DNA of 63,234 bases, counting the filler, from Chrysochromulina tobinii (Eukaryota): assembly GCA_001275005.1 (NCBI GenBank). It is 6 parts of 6 records of this genome, joined end to end, with 100 filler letters (N's around TTAATTAATTAA, not from the genome) between each part and the next. Parts side by side here need not be neighbours in the genome. Positions count along the whole stretch, not along the records: positions 1 to 26,495 come from JWZX01001413.1; 5 more parts are not named here. One strand, given 5' to 3'. Positions within the stretch are counted from its first letter, which is position 1, and each line of letters begins with the position of its first letter. The translations under genes were made by a program, and so were the position numbers. Positions 1-11,678 of the stretch are shown here, piece by piece. Under the pieces are notes generated by a model. The model was not told where the DNA came from. It ran no database searches and saw only the letters and a program-made list of their open reading frames with translations.

Positions 1-387
1 GGCGTTCCGGCGGCGGTGAGGTGGGAAGTAGGATGCCCGCGCGCTCGCGTGTCGCGAGCCTCCGCAAGCATCGTGACCGTCGTGTAGTGGGCGAGGGATA
101 GGTCGACGACGTCGTGGACTCGGAGACCGAATTTTCGCGCCCCCGGGCCCCGCGCGGCATTAAGCCTTAACCCGCGGCGGGTGTCGTAGAATAAAAGCGC
201 AAGCTCGTAACCGCGCACGACCGGAAGCCGGGCGCGCGGACAGCTTTACTGTGAAGTCGCACAATGGAACGTGGAACGGCGTCTGGGCCATGTGACAAGA
301 CCATCATGTATAGACCAGGGCAAGGCATACGGACAGGGGTGGGTCCATGGACATGGGCATGGACATGGGCTCCAGTATACACATATG

Positions 388-3300
388 TCAGATGGTGGAC
401 ACGCAGCGGTACATGGACTCCAGGTACTCCTCTTCGATGGCCGTGGGCGACACAAAGTCCCACGTGTGCACCACGTCCTCGTCCGAATCCGCATTCTGCT
501 TCAAGTCCGCATCGTGCATGGTCTGGGCGGTCCGCAGCGCGAGCAGCTCCTTGTCCTTCTTACGCTTCGGGACGCCCTTCACACCTTTGAGCGGGGAGGG
601 GAGGGTACATGATGGGACGATATCCCAGTCGATGCCCTTAAAGTACGGGTGCCGCTTGATCTCGTCGGGGCCCGCCGAGCCGCAGCCGAGGCGACTGTGC
701 CAGTCCTGAGTAAGCAGCTTTTCGCAAAAGTCCTGGCACTCATAGGACGGAAAGTTGCCCGGCCGGTAGGTCGGCCTGGACTGATCTCGATTTGAGAAGG
801 GGAGCGCGCCGTTGAGGAACTCGTACAGCAACACCCCCACCGTGTACCAGTCGACGGAAGTGCCGTACGCCTCACGGTTCTTGCGAGCCCAGCGCACCTC
901 GGGGGCCATGTAGCAGTCTGTGCCCACGCGCGAGGTGCGCCGCGGCCGGTCGCCTGTCCAGCGCACGGCGAGGCCCATGTCAATCAAGCGCACATGGCCC
1001 GCTTCATCGACGAGCAGATTCTCGGGCTTGAGATCGCGGTACAGGATCTTTTGTGAGTGCATGTAGCAGAACACCTCGACCGTCTCCATGATGACCCAGC
1101 GTGCTTGGTCCGCCGTGAGCCGGCGCGGTGTGAGTACAAACTCGGACAAGTCGCCAGAGGGGACGAGGTCCATCACGAGACACAAGAACTCGGGGTTCTG
1201 GAAGGCGTATCGGAGATTGACCAGGAACGGATGCTGCATCGCGGAGAGAAGGTTTGCCTCCATCGCGATCTTCTTGCGCCATGATTGGCCGAGGGCTTGC
1301 TTCATCGACTCCTTCTTCATCACCTTCATCGCGTAGCGCACGCCGCAGTCGCGCTTGATCACCTCGATCACCTGGCCGAAGCCGCCCTCGCCAAGGACGC
1401 GGATCACCTGAAACTGCTCCAGCTTGGGCACGATCCCCTCCTTCGCCTTCATCGCGACGATGTAGTTATAGTGCTCCGAGCCAAGGAACCTCGCGTACCT
1501 GCGATGGTCATCAGTGGCACTCAGAGGTCATACGTAGCCATAAGTGGCCATCAGTGCCAATCAGCGGCCATCAGCTTACCAATGACTCTCAATGTACGCA
1601 GCCGCCAAGGTCGCCATCTCGCCAAACATGCGACGCGCCTGCGCGTTCATGATCGTGCCCGCCTTGAGCGCCGCAATCTGATGGGCGAGCTCCTCGCGCA
1701 TCCGCTGCGGCAGGTAGGGCAGGTAGAGCGGCGCCGTCGTGTCCCAGACATGTTTATCCGCGATGAGTTTCGCCTCCTTGATCAGAACGTGCGCGTCGGG
1801 TAACTTGCGGAACTCAATCTCGCGCACCACGAGATCGAACGAGCCGAGCGCCACGTTGATCGGATGATCGGCCTCGTCGTGGGTCACATTGCCTCGTGCC
1901 ACGTCCTCTTGCACCGAGAGCAGGTACTTGCGCAGCAGCCCGTTGAACGCCTTGCTTTCGAAGATTTGCTGGACAGGCACGCGGATTGCGGACGTCGTGA
2001 CCGTCGGCGCTTTGGACTCGGCCGCAGCCTGAGTCAGCTGATAGAGGCGCTCCGCCTGGTAGGCGGCGATGAAGCAGAAGAAGCGGCCCGGCAGCCCGGG
2101 CGACGACTGGAAGAGCTCCTCCAGGTACTGTCCCTCGAGGCACACGAGGAGCGTGTCCTCATCCGCGGCGATCGATGCGGTGGCGATCCCGGATTTGAGG
2201 AGGGAGGTTTCGCCGAACATGTCGCCTGCGCGCCGAAGGCCTACCATGACGGCCTGCGCCGTGTCCTTGATCTGCAGCTCGACACGCACGGAGCCCTTGA
2301 TGATCTGGAAGAGCGCCGCCGTCGGCTGCCCCTCCCTCAAGACGTACTCACCCTTTTTATACGAGCGCTGCTTGGCACCGGCGAGGAAGTGGACCCAATC
2401 GTCTTCGGTGAGCGAGAAGTCGATGGCGCGATGATTCTGCGCCCTGGCCTCTTGCAGCACCATGGGCTCAAACATCTCGTCGAACTCGTCAAGCGCCGCG
2501 GAGCCCGACGCCGCCGCGCCGTGGGTCGCATCCTTGGAGATCTCCGCCGCCAGGGCTTGGATCCGCGCCGCCTCGAGCACGAGCATCGCCTCCTCGATCC
2601 CGTGGTCGATGGTCACCTCATACGAGGAGCCTTTGAGTTGCACATGGACCGTGTTGTGCATGGCATCATGCCGCAGCAGCCCGGCAATGTCCTTGCACTC
2701 GATGACGAACTGCTTGTGGAAAGCGAACACTTTGATATCGAAGCACAGGTGTTTCGCGAAAAGGAACATGTCACCTACGTTCGCTTGCGACTCGAGGACT
2801 CCTTTGTTCTCGGCGCGCACCGAGCACTGATAGTACGACATGAGCTTCTCGTCCGCGAGGAGACCGAACTGCACGCGCGTCTTCGAGATCTCCGCCGCAG
2901 GCAGCAGCTGCTGCGACGTTTGCCCCTTGCCCTGCGCCGACGTCGAGTCGCTGGTCACCTGCGCGCGCAGCTTGCCGGAGAGCTCCGAAATGCGCTCAGC
3001 GAGCGCGATGGCCATCGCCTTGAAGAGCCGACCCGACTGGCCGGGGTCAGCCTTGAGTTGCGCGATCAGCTGCGTCTGCAGCACCTCGACGCATACCACC
3101 GGCCCATCAGCCACGGCTGACACTGTGGACTCGTGGCCCAGCAGCAGCGCAAGCTCGCCAAGCACGTCACCCGGTCCACGGGTGGCCAGATGGCTCTCGT
3201 GGCCCGTTTCTGATTTCAGCATGAGCTTGACATAGCCCGTCCTGATGTAGAAGGCTGACTCCGACACCTGACCCTGCCAGATGAAGGTCTCTCCGTCCAC

Positions 3301-3438
3301 CAGGTGGCGCTCCTTGCCCTGATCAATGAAGAGCTGCTCGATGACCTTGGAGCTCTTCGATCTCTTGAGCCTCCGCGTGCCGCCGCTCGCGCGCGTCGCA
3401 TCGAGACCACCCTCCTGCCTCGATCCTGCGCAGCCCAT
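388..3438 (-). CDS. cNMP-GRAM-cNMP-RGS(RH)-AGC kinase fusion (GRK-like kinase); exons 3438-1580 and 1498-388
   Basis: ATG at 3438 gives MGCAGS (N-acylation-type start). Two cNMP-binding domains (GDVLGELALL, GDMFGETSLL) flank a GRAM-like segment (EKLMSYYQCS..GDMFLFAKHLCF). A GT-AG intron at 1579-1499 joins ESHW|YARFLGSEHY (RGS-type C-terminus) to the kinase (GEGGFG, YAMK, YRDLKPEN, DMG, YMAPE). Confidence 0.85.
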
Positions 3439-3929
3439 CGCGATGGTCCTAACTAAGGAACCACGAATTGGAAAAAGCTCGCCAAGTGCGGCATCGCAAA
3501 AGCCCGCAAACGCCCGCGCCGGCGCTGATCCGCAACGGCGCTTTGACATTGGAATACAATGTAGACGGGTTTTATGAAACGGCCCCACACGCCCTCACGC
3601 TCCCTCGTTCGACTCTCATGTGCATGCAGCTCAGTGTCCCGATACAGCCCTTTGTGATTACCCAAATGCCGGCGCCGGTGCCCGATCCCTCGATCGCATA
3701 CAACCCAAACCGGCGCCGGTGCATCCTTTCCGCGCCATGAAGTATCTCAGAGGGGGCGGTGGGCGCGAGCGGAAAGACAAGTTCTCGAGCGTACGCCCTC
3801 ACATTCTCATTGAAGGAGGTATGAAGGAGGAGCCCTTGTTCGGCACGCACGCTAAGCCGCTCCTGGAAAGGTCCCGATGCGGCGTACGCGCTCATCATGG
3901 CGCTCAATGCGAAGTGAGCCCCAGCGCTC

Positions 3930-6900
3930 TCATGCAAGGTGGATGGCGAGCGCCGCAGAGAAGCCTTCGCGCACGAAGGTGCTCGCCGGCTCGTTGAAGT
4001 CCACCACTTCGCCATCCACTTTTACCGAGCCCACAGCGCTCTTGCCGGGCACAGCGCTCTTGTGGGCCTTGACTGCTGCCTCCACAATCTTCTTGAGAGG
4101 GCTGGTGAGCCATTTCGGATTGAGCTTGGTCTCAGATGCACTCAGCAGCTCATCACCCCTCCATAGCTCGATGATGAAGTGCGGCACGTCCGCTGGAGGT
4201 GCGTCCGCACCCTCGAGCATCACCAGCACATCCACTGGCGTCCCATCCTTGTCCACATACACGGACGCCTTGAGGGTCTCGTCAATCTTCTCGCCGTTGA
4301 TGGTGACAGTACTCCAACGCTCCTTCTTTTTGCCGATCGCCTCGAGCGCCGGCTTGATGAGACCCTCGGCCAGTGACTTGCCCAGCCAGAAGGAGTTGAG
4401 CGAAGTCTCCATCTCCGTTAGGCGGGAGCCATCGGCCCCCGCGATGTGGATGACGAAATGGCCGACAGGCCCGCTCGACAATACGTGGGCAAGCCCGTGG
4501 GCCATGGAACCAAGCCCGTGGGAGAGTCCGTGTGCCACAGAGCCCACCCCGTGACTGAGGCCGTGGCCCACAGAGTGCCCAAGCCGGCTCGCGCCCTCCA
4601 TCATCTTCTGGATCATCGGGTCCTTGTGGTTGAGCTTGATGTCGATCTCGACCGGTGAGCCGTCGTCATGCATGAAGTTAGTCGCGGGCTTCGTCGCGTC
4701 CACCTCGCCTAAAGGTCCCCCGACGCTTCCAACGAGCACCGCGACGACCGCGGCGTGGTGTATCTTGTTCGCCTTGAGCGCGGGGTGGATGAGCGCCGCA
4801 AGCAACGACTTGCCCTTGAGCCATTTCAGCGTGGGGCGCGTCTGGCTGGCCACCACAGCCTCGCCGTCCAGCGAGATCTGGACAATGAAGTCGCACGGCG
4901 CGAGACTCGGGTCATTGACCGCAGACGAGAGCGCCTTCGGCTTGAGCTCTCGCTCGGTAGGCTTGAGATGCACGACCACCCGCGCAGGCATCCCCACCGT
5001 CTTCGACGCCCGGTCCGCCACCTTGCCCGCGAAGATGTCGGCCACCTCGTCGCCGTCGACAGTCACCGACGCCCAGCCTACATCGGTAAGCTGCTCCGCT
5101 CGGAGCACGGGCTCAACGAGCGACTTGCCGAGCGACTTCTGCAGCCAGCGCGCGTTGAGCTGTGCCTCCACAGCTGTGATTAGCACCCCGTTCGAGTCGA
5201 CGATGTCGATGATGAATTTGGGCGCGTGGTCGATGATGGCCCTCTCCGGCAGTATGCACTTGACGAAGACTTCGTGGGTGCCTGCTTTGGCGTACATGGA
5301 CGTGATCGCGTGGGTGTCCACGTCGAGCCCATTGATCTGCACCGACATGTTCTTCGTGTTGATCGTGAGGGTGGGGTGCGCCTTGACGAAGGCCTTCACC
5401 GCCGGCTCGATGACGGACACACCTAGCGAGTTCGTCATCCATTTTCCGACCACCTCGCTCGTTAGCTGGTCCATGGCGTTGGTGCTCGTCGACCCGTGGT
5501 GGAAGGAGACGGTGAACTTGCTCGCCTTCTCCGCCGCATAGGCGCCCGCAGGCAGGAGCACCTCGACGTGCGTCACGACGGGGTCGCCCTTATTCCCCAC
5601 TGGCAAGCCGTTGACGTACTTGATGCCATCGACGACGGGCGCGATGAACTGGAGCGTTTCGGCGTGCACCACCCTCCGATGGTCCATCTCTTGCCCATCC
5701 ACCTTGATGCTGAGCTGAGGCGGTTGGCTGGGGAAGACGACGTTCAGATGCTTGAGCGCCGGCTCGATCAAGCCGGAGAGCAGCGGCTTCTTGAGGAGCG
5801 ATTGCGAGAGCACTGTCTGGAACGAGGAGAGCACCTCTCCGTTGCGCATCACGATGTCGATGGTGAACGACTTGGGCTCCGAGGACTTGTCCAGCTTGAT
5901 CTCCACGTTGATGTCGTGCCCCTGCTCCTCAAACTTTTGGACGTACTTGTGGCAGTCGAGCTCCGCCGAGCCGATGTTCTGGCCGTTGATTGAGATCGCT
6001 TTGACCTTGGCCTTGGCCATGTCGGCCGCCTCGAGCGCCGGGTAGACGATCGCTGTGCTGAACGGCCGGTGCATCCAGGCAGTCCCCGCAGGAGCGAGGG
6101 CGGCGAACCAAGAGCTCGACATATCCGGGATGGGCACTGACATTTTGTAGAGCGGCGCATCGCCATCCCTGTGCGTCACTATCGAGATAAGGAATTGCTT
6201 GGGCTTGGCCTTGGGGTCGTCAATGAGGACGATGTCGACCAACGTCGTCTCCTCAGCGCTGCCCACAACCTCGGAAAGCTTCGCCTTCAGGTCGGCGGGC
6301 GCACCGTTGACTCGGTACTGGCCGATGGCCGAGCTCTTGACGTTGAAAGAATCGAGCGCCGGGGTGATCAAGTCCTTTCCGAGCACGCCCTTCAACTGCT
6401 TCTCCCCAAGCTCCGTCGAGAGTGCTTTGAGGATCTCCCCGGCGGCATCCAGGATGCGTACTTCAAAGCGGCTCGGGCCGGACCCTGCACCTGTGCTCTC
6501 CCCCTTGGCCCCCTTTTTAGGCGACTTCTCTCCCTTTTTGGCGACCTTTTTGCCCTTTTCCCTCTTCGCCGGCGTGCCCTCCCCGCTCTCCTCGTCAGCA
6601 GCTCCCTCAGCAGCTCCCTTCTTAGCCTTGGCCCCCTTCTTCTCCTTGCTACCCTTCTTCGCGGGCGTCTTCTTGCCCTTGCCGCCCTTTTCGGAGCGCA
6701 TCGTGTCAGCGCCATTCGCGACCGCCTCTTCGGCCGCATCGGCACCAGTTGCTGCATCCCCTGCTGGTGTGCCCGCCGGCTCCTCATCCAGCGCCGCCTC
6801 AGCAGCCGCCGCTTTGTGAGACGCGACAGACCGCGGCGTGAAGAAGATTTCGCCATCCTCGTCATCAACGGCGATCACCTGAGGGGGCGCCGGCATCGTG

Positions 6901-7883
6901 AGCTTCAACGGCATCCCCAAAGAGCCCGCTTTGAGCCCCTGTTGCGCCGCCATCGTACGCGGCGTGAAGATGGGTGCCGCGTCCTCACGCGCGCCGTCCT
7001 GGGCTCCGTCCGCTGGGAGGGCGAGCCGTAACTGCAAGACACGCGCGCTCATCGGGGCCTGCGCAGCAAGCGAGCGCGGCGTGAAGAGCGGCTCGCCCGT
7101 CCCGCCGGCGGGCTCGGGCTCCTGGCGCGGCGTGAAGAACGGCATATCCTCCGTATCATTCTGCTGCCACTGTTGGAATTTGATGGCCGTCGCTTCTTGA
7201 CGACTCGTGAATAGCGGCTCGGGGGCCTCGCCCGCGGGCGGAGGAGGAGGGAGGGCAGAGCTGGCAGCGGCCAAGGCTCGAGGCGTGAAGATGGGCCCAT
7301 CATCCCCGAACTGGGCCAGAGCTGGGCCACCTGGCGTGGGGATGGTTTTCGAGCCCGGGGGAGCAATCGAGAGCGTAGGTACTTGGACCTTGAAGCCTCC
7401 GTTCCCGTAGGACGGCGTGGTCGGCGAGCCGGGTGACTGGGGCGAGTCGAGCTCGGTCTCTACGGGTGGCGGCGGCGGCGGCATGGCCTCAAACTCGTCA
7501 GCCTGGGGCGGCGGCGGCGGCGCCTCCTCCTCCGCTTCTTCGAATTCCTCTGGTGGCGGTGGTGGAGGTGTCGAGAAGTCCTCAACACTGCCTCGGTGCG
7601 AGCGAGGCGTCATCGAGACCGACACCTTGTCGATCTTCTCAGCTTCAAAATCGAAGCCGCGATGAATCGCGTGGCGCTCCGGCGTGCGCACCTCCGATAG
7701 CGCCGCCTGCACCTTCTTGAGAGTGAAAGCGCGAAGCTGGAGAGGGGCGAGCGCCGCTGCGAGATCCTCCTCTGGGAGAGCTTGTAGCGCCCTGACCGTC
7801 GGTGCGACCGATAGGATGGCGTCTAAGAGACCCGGAATATTGCCTAGCCCAGACTGCTCCAGCGTTGTGCCGATGTCTTCCAT
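3930..7883 (-). CDS. Large hypothetical protein with Pro-rich/FTPR repeats and 8 tandem ~90-aa beta-grasp(ubiquitin)-like repeats
   Basis: ORF of about 1317 aa from ATG 7883. Repeat consensus F-x-I-x-I..G..L..T-x-L..W-L-x-K-S-L..LI-x-PAL..V-x-(V/I)-(D/N)-G..D..V-x-V-x-L occurs 8 times. Fold assignment is inference. Confidence 0.75.
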   Translation of the reverse strand: MEDIGTTLEQSGLGNIPGLLDAILSVAPTVRALQALPEEDLAAALAPLQLRAFTLKKVQAALSEVRTPERHAIHRGFDFEAEKIDKVSVSMTPRSHRGSVEDFSTPPPPPPEEFEEAEEEAPPPPPQADEFEAMPPPPPPVETELDSPQSPGSPTTPSYGNGGFKVQVPTLSIAPPGSKTIPTPGGPALAQFGDDGPIFTPRALAAASSALPPPPPAGEAPEPLFTSRQEATAIKFQQWQQNDTEDMPFFTPRQEPEPAGGTGEPLFTPRSLAAQAPMSARVLQLRLALPADGAQDGAREDAAPIFTPRTMAAQQGLKAGSLGMPLKLTMPAPPQVIAVDDEDGEIFFTPRSVASHKAAAAEAALDEEPAGTPAGDAATGADAAEEAVANGADTMRSEKGGKGKKTPAKKGSKEKKGAKAKKGAAEGAADEESGEGTPAKREKGKKVAKKGEKSPKKGAKGESTGAGSGPSRFEVRILDAAGEILKALSTELGEKQLKGVLGKDLITPALDSFNVKSSAIGQYRVNGAPADLKAKLSEVVGSAEETTLVDIVLIDDPKAKPKQFLISIVTHRDGDAPLYKMSVPIPDMSSSWFAALAPAGTAWMHRPFSTAIVYPALEAADMAKAKVKAISINGQNIGSAELDCHKYVQKFEEQGHDINVEIKLDKSSEPKSFTIDIVMRNGEVLSSFQTVLSQSLLKKPLLSGLIEPALKHLNVVFPSQPPQLSIKVDGQEMDHRRVVHAETLQFIAPVVDGIKYVNGLPVGNKGDPVVTHVEVLLPAGAYAAEKASKFTVSFHHGSTSTNAMDQLTSEVVGKWMTNSLGVSVIEPAVKAFVKAHPTLTINTKNMSVQINGLDVDTHAITSMYAKAGTHEVFVKCILPERAIIDHAPKFIIDIVDSNGVLITAVEAQLNARWLQKSLGKSLVEPVLRAEQLTDVGWASVTVDGDEVADIFAGKVADRASKTVGMPARVVVHLKPTERELKPKALSSAVNDPSLAPCDFIVQISLDGEAVVASQTRPTLKWLKGKSLLAALIHPALKANKIHHAAVVAVLVGSVGGPLGEVDATKPATNFMHDDGSPVEIDIKLNHKDPMIQKMMEGASRLGHSVGHGLSHGVGSVAHGLSHGLGSMAHGLAHVLSSGPVGHFVIHIAGADGSRLTEMETSLNSFWLGKSLAEGLIKPALEAIGKKKERWSTVTINGEKIDETLKASVYVDKDGTPVDVLVMLEGADAPPADVPHFIIELWRGDELLSASETKLNPKWLTSPLKKIVEAAVKAHKSAVPGKSAVGSVKVDGEVVDFNEPASTFVREGFSAALAIHLA

Positions 7884-8197
7884 GGCCCCCCGCTCGGCAA
7901 TCACAGGCACGCGTCCAGTGTGCAGATCGCTGCGCCTCTATCCCCCGCGCGCCGACGGTAGACCTGTGATTTGGAGATTTTGGAAGTCTTCCAAATCGGA
8001 CAAGTCTCGAAACCACCGACACCGTGCCTCTGCACCGGCGACCGGGGACGAGCACACATTTTGTACAACCTAAATATTTGGCAGACTCAACATAAAACGC
8101 GGCGTACGGCTGCCGTGTCTCCCTCGCGTCTTCAACTTCATACCTCAGTGATTCCTCAGCCAATCTCGGGTGAGTCGCTCGGTGCTCAGTGCGGCGC

Positions 8198-11100
8198 TCA
8201 ATCCAAGTGCCTCGCGGCGCCCACCATCTCTCGAAAGACGCTCGTCGGGTTGGCCATGAGCGCCTTGGGCGTACCAAACTCGATCAGCCGGCCGGACCCA
8301 AGCACGAGCACCTTATCCGAGTCGAGGATCGTGTTGAGCCGGTGCGCAATCGTGAGCACGGTCGCCGTAGCGAATTCGGCGCGCACCGTGCGCTGGAGAA
8401 GGGACACCGACGGTCAGTGGAGCAGTGGAGCGCCAAGGCAGTCAGTGGCCATCGGAAGCCATCGGAGGCCATCGGAGGCAATCAGTGGCCATCAGTATGT
8501 GCACACACCTGGATGAGGGCATCGGTCTCGGAGTCGACCGAGGAGGTGGCCTCGTCCATGATCACGATCGCGGGTCGAGTCAGCAGCGCTCGCGCGATGC
8601 ACAATAGCTGGCGCTGCCCCGCTGACAAATTCGCGCCCTCCTCCAGCACATGGTCTTCCAGCGTGTGAATGGCATGCGTGAGCTGCACGCGCTGGAGCAC
8701 GCGCCACAGCTCATCCTCCGTGTAACGTCCCAGAGGGTCGAGGTTGAACCGAACGGAGCCTTCAAAGAGCGTAGCCTCCTGGGGGATGACACACACGCTC
8801 GAGCGGTATGAAAGTAAAGGCAGCGAGCTCAGCTCAGATCCATCGAGCCAGATAGAGCCAGATCGAAGTGGGGGCGCCACCAGCCGAGTAAGAGCCACGA
8901 GGAGGCTGCTCTTGCCTGAGCCGGTCCGCCCGACCACACCCACCTTCTCGCCCGCCTTGATGCGCACGCTCAGTCCCTCAAGTGCGAGGGGCAGCCCCGG
9001 GCGGTAGCGCAGCCCCACGTTCTCGAGCACGAGCGCGCCGCGGCTCGGCTGGCCACCGGACCCCTTCTCGGCGGCTGCCAAGCCCGGCTCGGCCCACCAA
9101 GACCGGCTCGGCCACCAGCCGGCCAACGGAGACGGCGGCGGGGGAGCCCCGCTGAACACCCAAGTCGCGGGTGCGCCGCTGGCCAAGGGAGCTGCTGCGG
9201 TGGACGAACTGTCTGGAGGGTGTGAACGGTCTGGAGGGTGTGAACGGTCTGAAGGCTCCACGGAGGACGTCTGGCGTGACGCCGGCGCCGGTCGGGCCTC
9301 GCGTCCGATTGGCCGAACATGGAGTCCTCTCAAGTTCGGGACGTCTTCGGCTGCGTAGCCGGGCTCGGGGGGTACGTCGCTGTAGGTGCGCATCCGTTCA
9401 ACTGCAACGAGATGTGCCTCGAGCTCCGCCGCCTGTCGCACTGACCAGTTGAGTGCTTGGGTGACCTGCATGGCTAATGACACGGAGAGAGCCGCGCGCC
9501 CTACGCTGCGCGCGCGCGCGCCCACCCCGGCCGCCGCGCCCGCCGCCGCTGCCACCGCCGCCGCTGCGCCCACTGTGGCCTCCGTTGCCGCGCATATGGC
9601 CGAGTCCACGGCCCACTTGTCAAATATGGAAGGGCCCTCCATGGTCGCCGCACAGACTGCGGACTCGACGGCTTGTGTGGCAGCAGCAGCCGCCCCTTGC
9701 AGCAGCGAGGGACCCCGGCCGAAGGCAAGAAGGGCAGCGATGGCCGCAAGCGTGGCGCCGAGAAGCTCCAAACGTAGCCCCAACCAGCAATTGGCGATCG
9801 CCGACGCGAGGCCAGCGCGCACGTTGCGATCGATCTTGTGCTCGGCCTGGCGACCAAAGCGTGGCTGCGCATTGTACGCGCGGATGGTGTCCAGCCCGTC
9901 GAGCGTCTCCGACACGTGCGTGAGCATCGGCGCGCGCGTGCTCGATTCGAGTCGCTTCATCTCGCGCGAGCTCGCCATGTAGAAGGAGGAGAAGGACACG
10001 TAGGCCCAGCCGAGCAGCGGCAGCGTGAGCGCGAACGTGGGCGAGTTGGCACACACGACCGCAAGGGCGGAGACGACGGCGAAGGTCGTCGAGCCTAGCG
10101 TCTGAACGGCCGAGGGCAGCGCCACGTCGACGGTCTGGAGATCGCGCGAGAAGCGTGCGAGCAGCCGGCCGATCGGCGTCACATCGAAGAAGGCCACCGG
10201 TGCGCGGAGGAGGCTGATCAGCAGCTGGTCGTGCATCCCCGAGCCGGCCGAGAGGCCCACCGAGAGCACGATCATGTGGCGGACCACCGTCAGAAGCGCC
10301 GCCGCGAGCGCCCAGCCCGCGTACCCGGCCAAATAGAAGCGGTTGCGCTCTGCGGGCGCATTGGCCCACTGAGTGAGCCACCACGAAGAGCCGAGTTGTA
10401 GGACCTCGACGAGGATCATAGGAACCAGCATGAGTGGCACCACGCGCGCGCCGCCACCCGCCGCCTGCAGCCAGGCGCCGAGGACGGCGGCGGACACGCG
10501 CCCCTGCTCTATGAGCTCCTCCTCCCCCGTAGCCGGCGCCTTCACACCCCCCCCCAGCTCTTCCGAGTCGTTGGACGCCCCTGATACCGAGGTGTTGAGC
10601 GCGGCGGCGGCGGCAGGGGCGGCGGGCGCGTCGCTCTCGCCCTTCTCCCACGGAGCTGCAGCCCCAGCCGTGCTTCGAGCCGCCTCGTCAGCGTGTGCCG
10701 GGGAGGTGGGCGCCGTCATGGGCATCGACGCCGTCCTGGGCGTAGTCCGAGGCGCCGTCATGGGCATCGGCGCCGTCCTGGGCGCGGGCACAGCCTCGTC
10801 CGAGCCGCCCATGACGGCGCCCATTGGCGGCCCGGGCCTCGCTGCCACGTTCGCGCCCGCGCCCAGGACGGCGCTCGTACCGCTCGGAGCCTCGTCGGCG
10901 TTGGGTGAAGCGACCTCGACGGATCCCTCCTCCGCGCCGTCGCGGGCGTCCGCGCCGTCGCGGGCGTAGCTCTGCGTCTGGAAAGCGAGCAGCCGCGCGA
11001 AGGCGCCTTGCCGGCTCGTCAGCTGCTCATAGGATCCTTGCTCGATGACCTCGCCCCCCTCGAGCACAAGGATGCGTTGCACCGAGCGTAGCCGATCGAG

Positions 11101-11644
11101 CGAGTTGGTGGCCATCACGACGAGCCGGCCGGCAAGGAGGCCGTTCGGACCAATACAACGCTCCATCAGGTGCGTGGCCACGCTGCCGTCGACCGCAGCC
11201 AGCGGGTCGTCCAGCAGGACGATCTGTGCGTCGGAGTAGGCCGCCCGTGCGAGCGAGATGCGAGCACGTTGCCCGCCCGACAGAGACACGCCACGTTCTC
11301 CGATGACGGTCGCATCGCCCTCGGCGAGCTGCAGCAGGTCGGAGGTGAGCGCGCATGCATCCAGGACTCGATGGTAACGAGACTCGTCGAAGGGCTGGCC
11401 GAAGAGGATGTTATCGCGCACGGAGCCGCTTAGGATGAAGGGGCGCTGCGCGGCGTAGGCGAGCGAACCACGCACATGGACCGATCCGCGCGTTGCCGCG
11501 AGCGCCCCCGTGAGGGCGGCGAGCAGGGTGGACTTGCCCGAGCCCACCGCGCCGACGATCCCCACTAGCTCGCCACGGCGCGCCTCCAAGTCGACCCGAA
11601 GACGAAAGCCACCCGCCGTCGCCGCTGCCGAAGGGCCACGCGCT

Positions 11645-11678
<34 letters not shown>

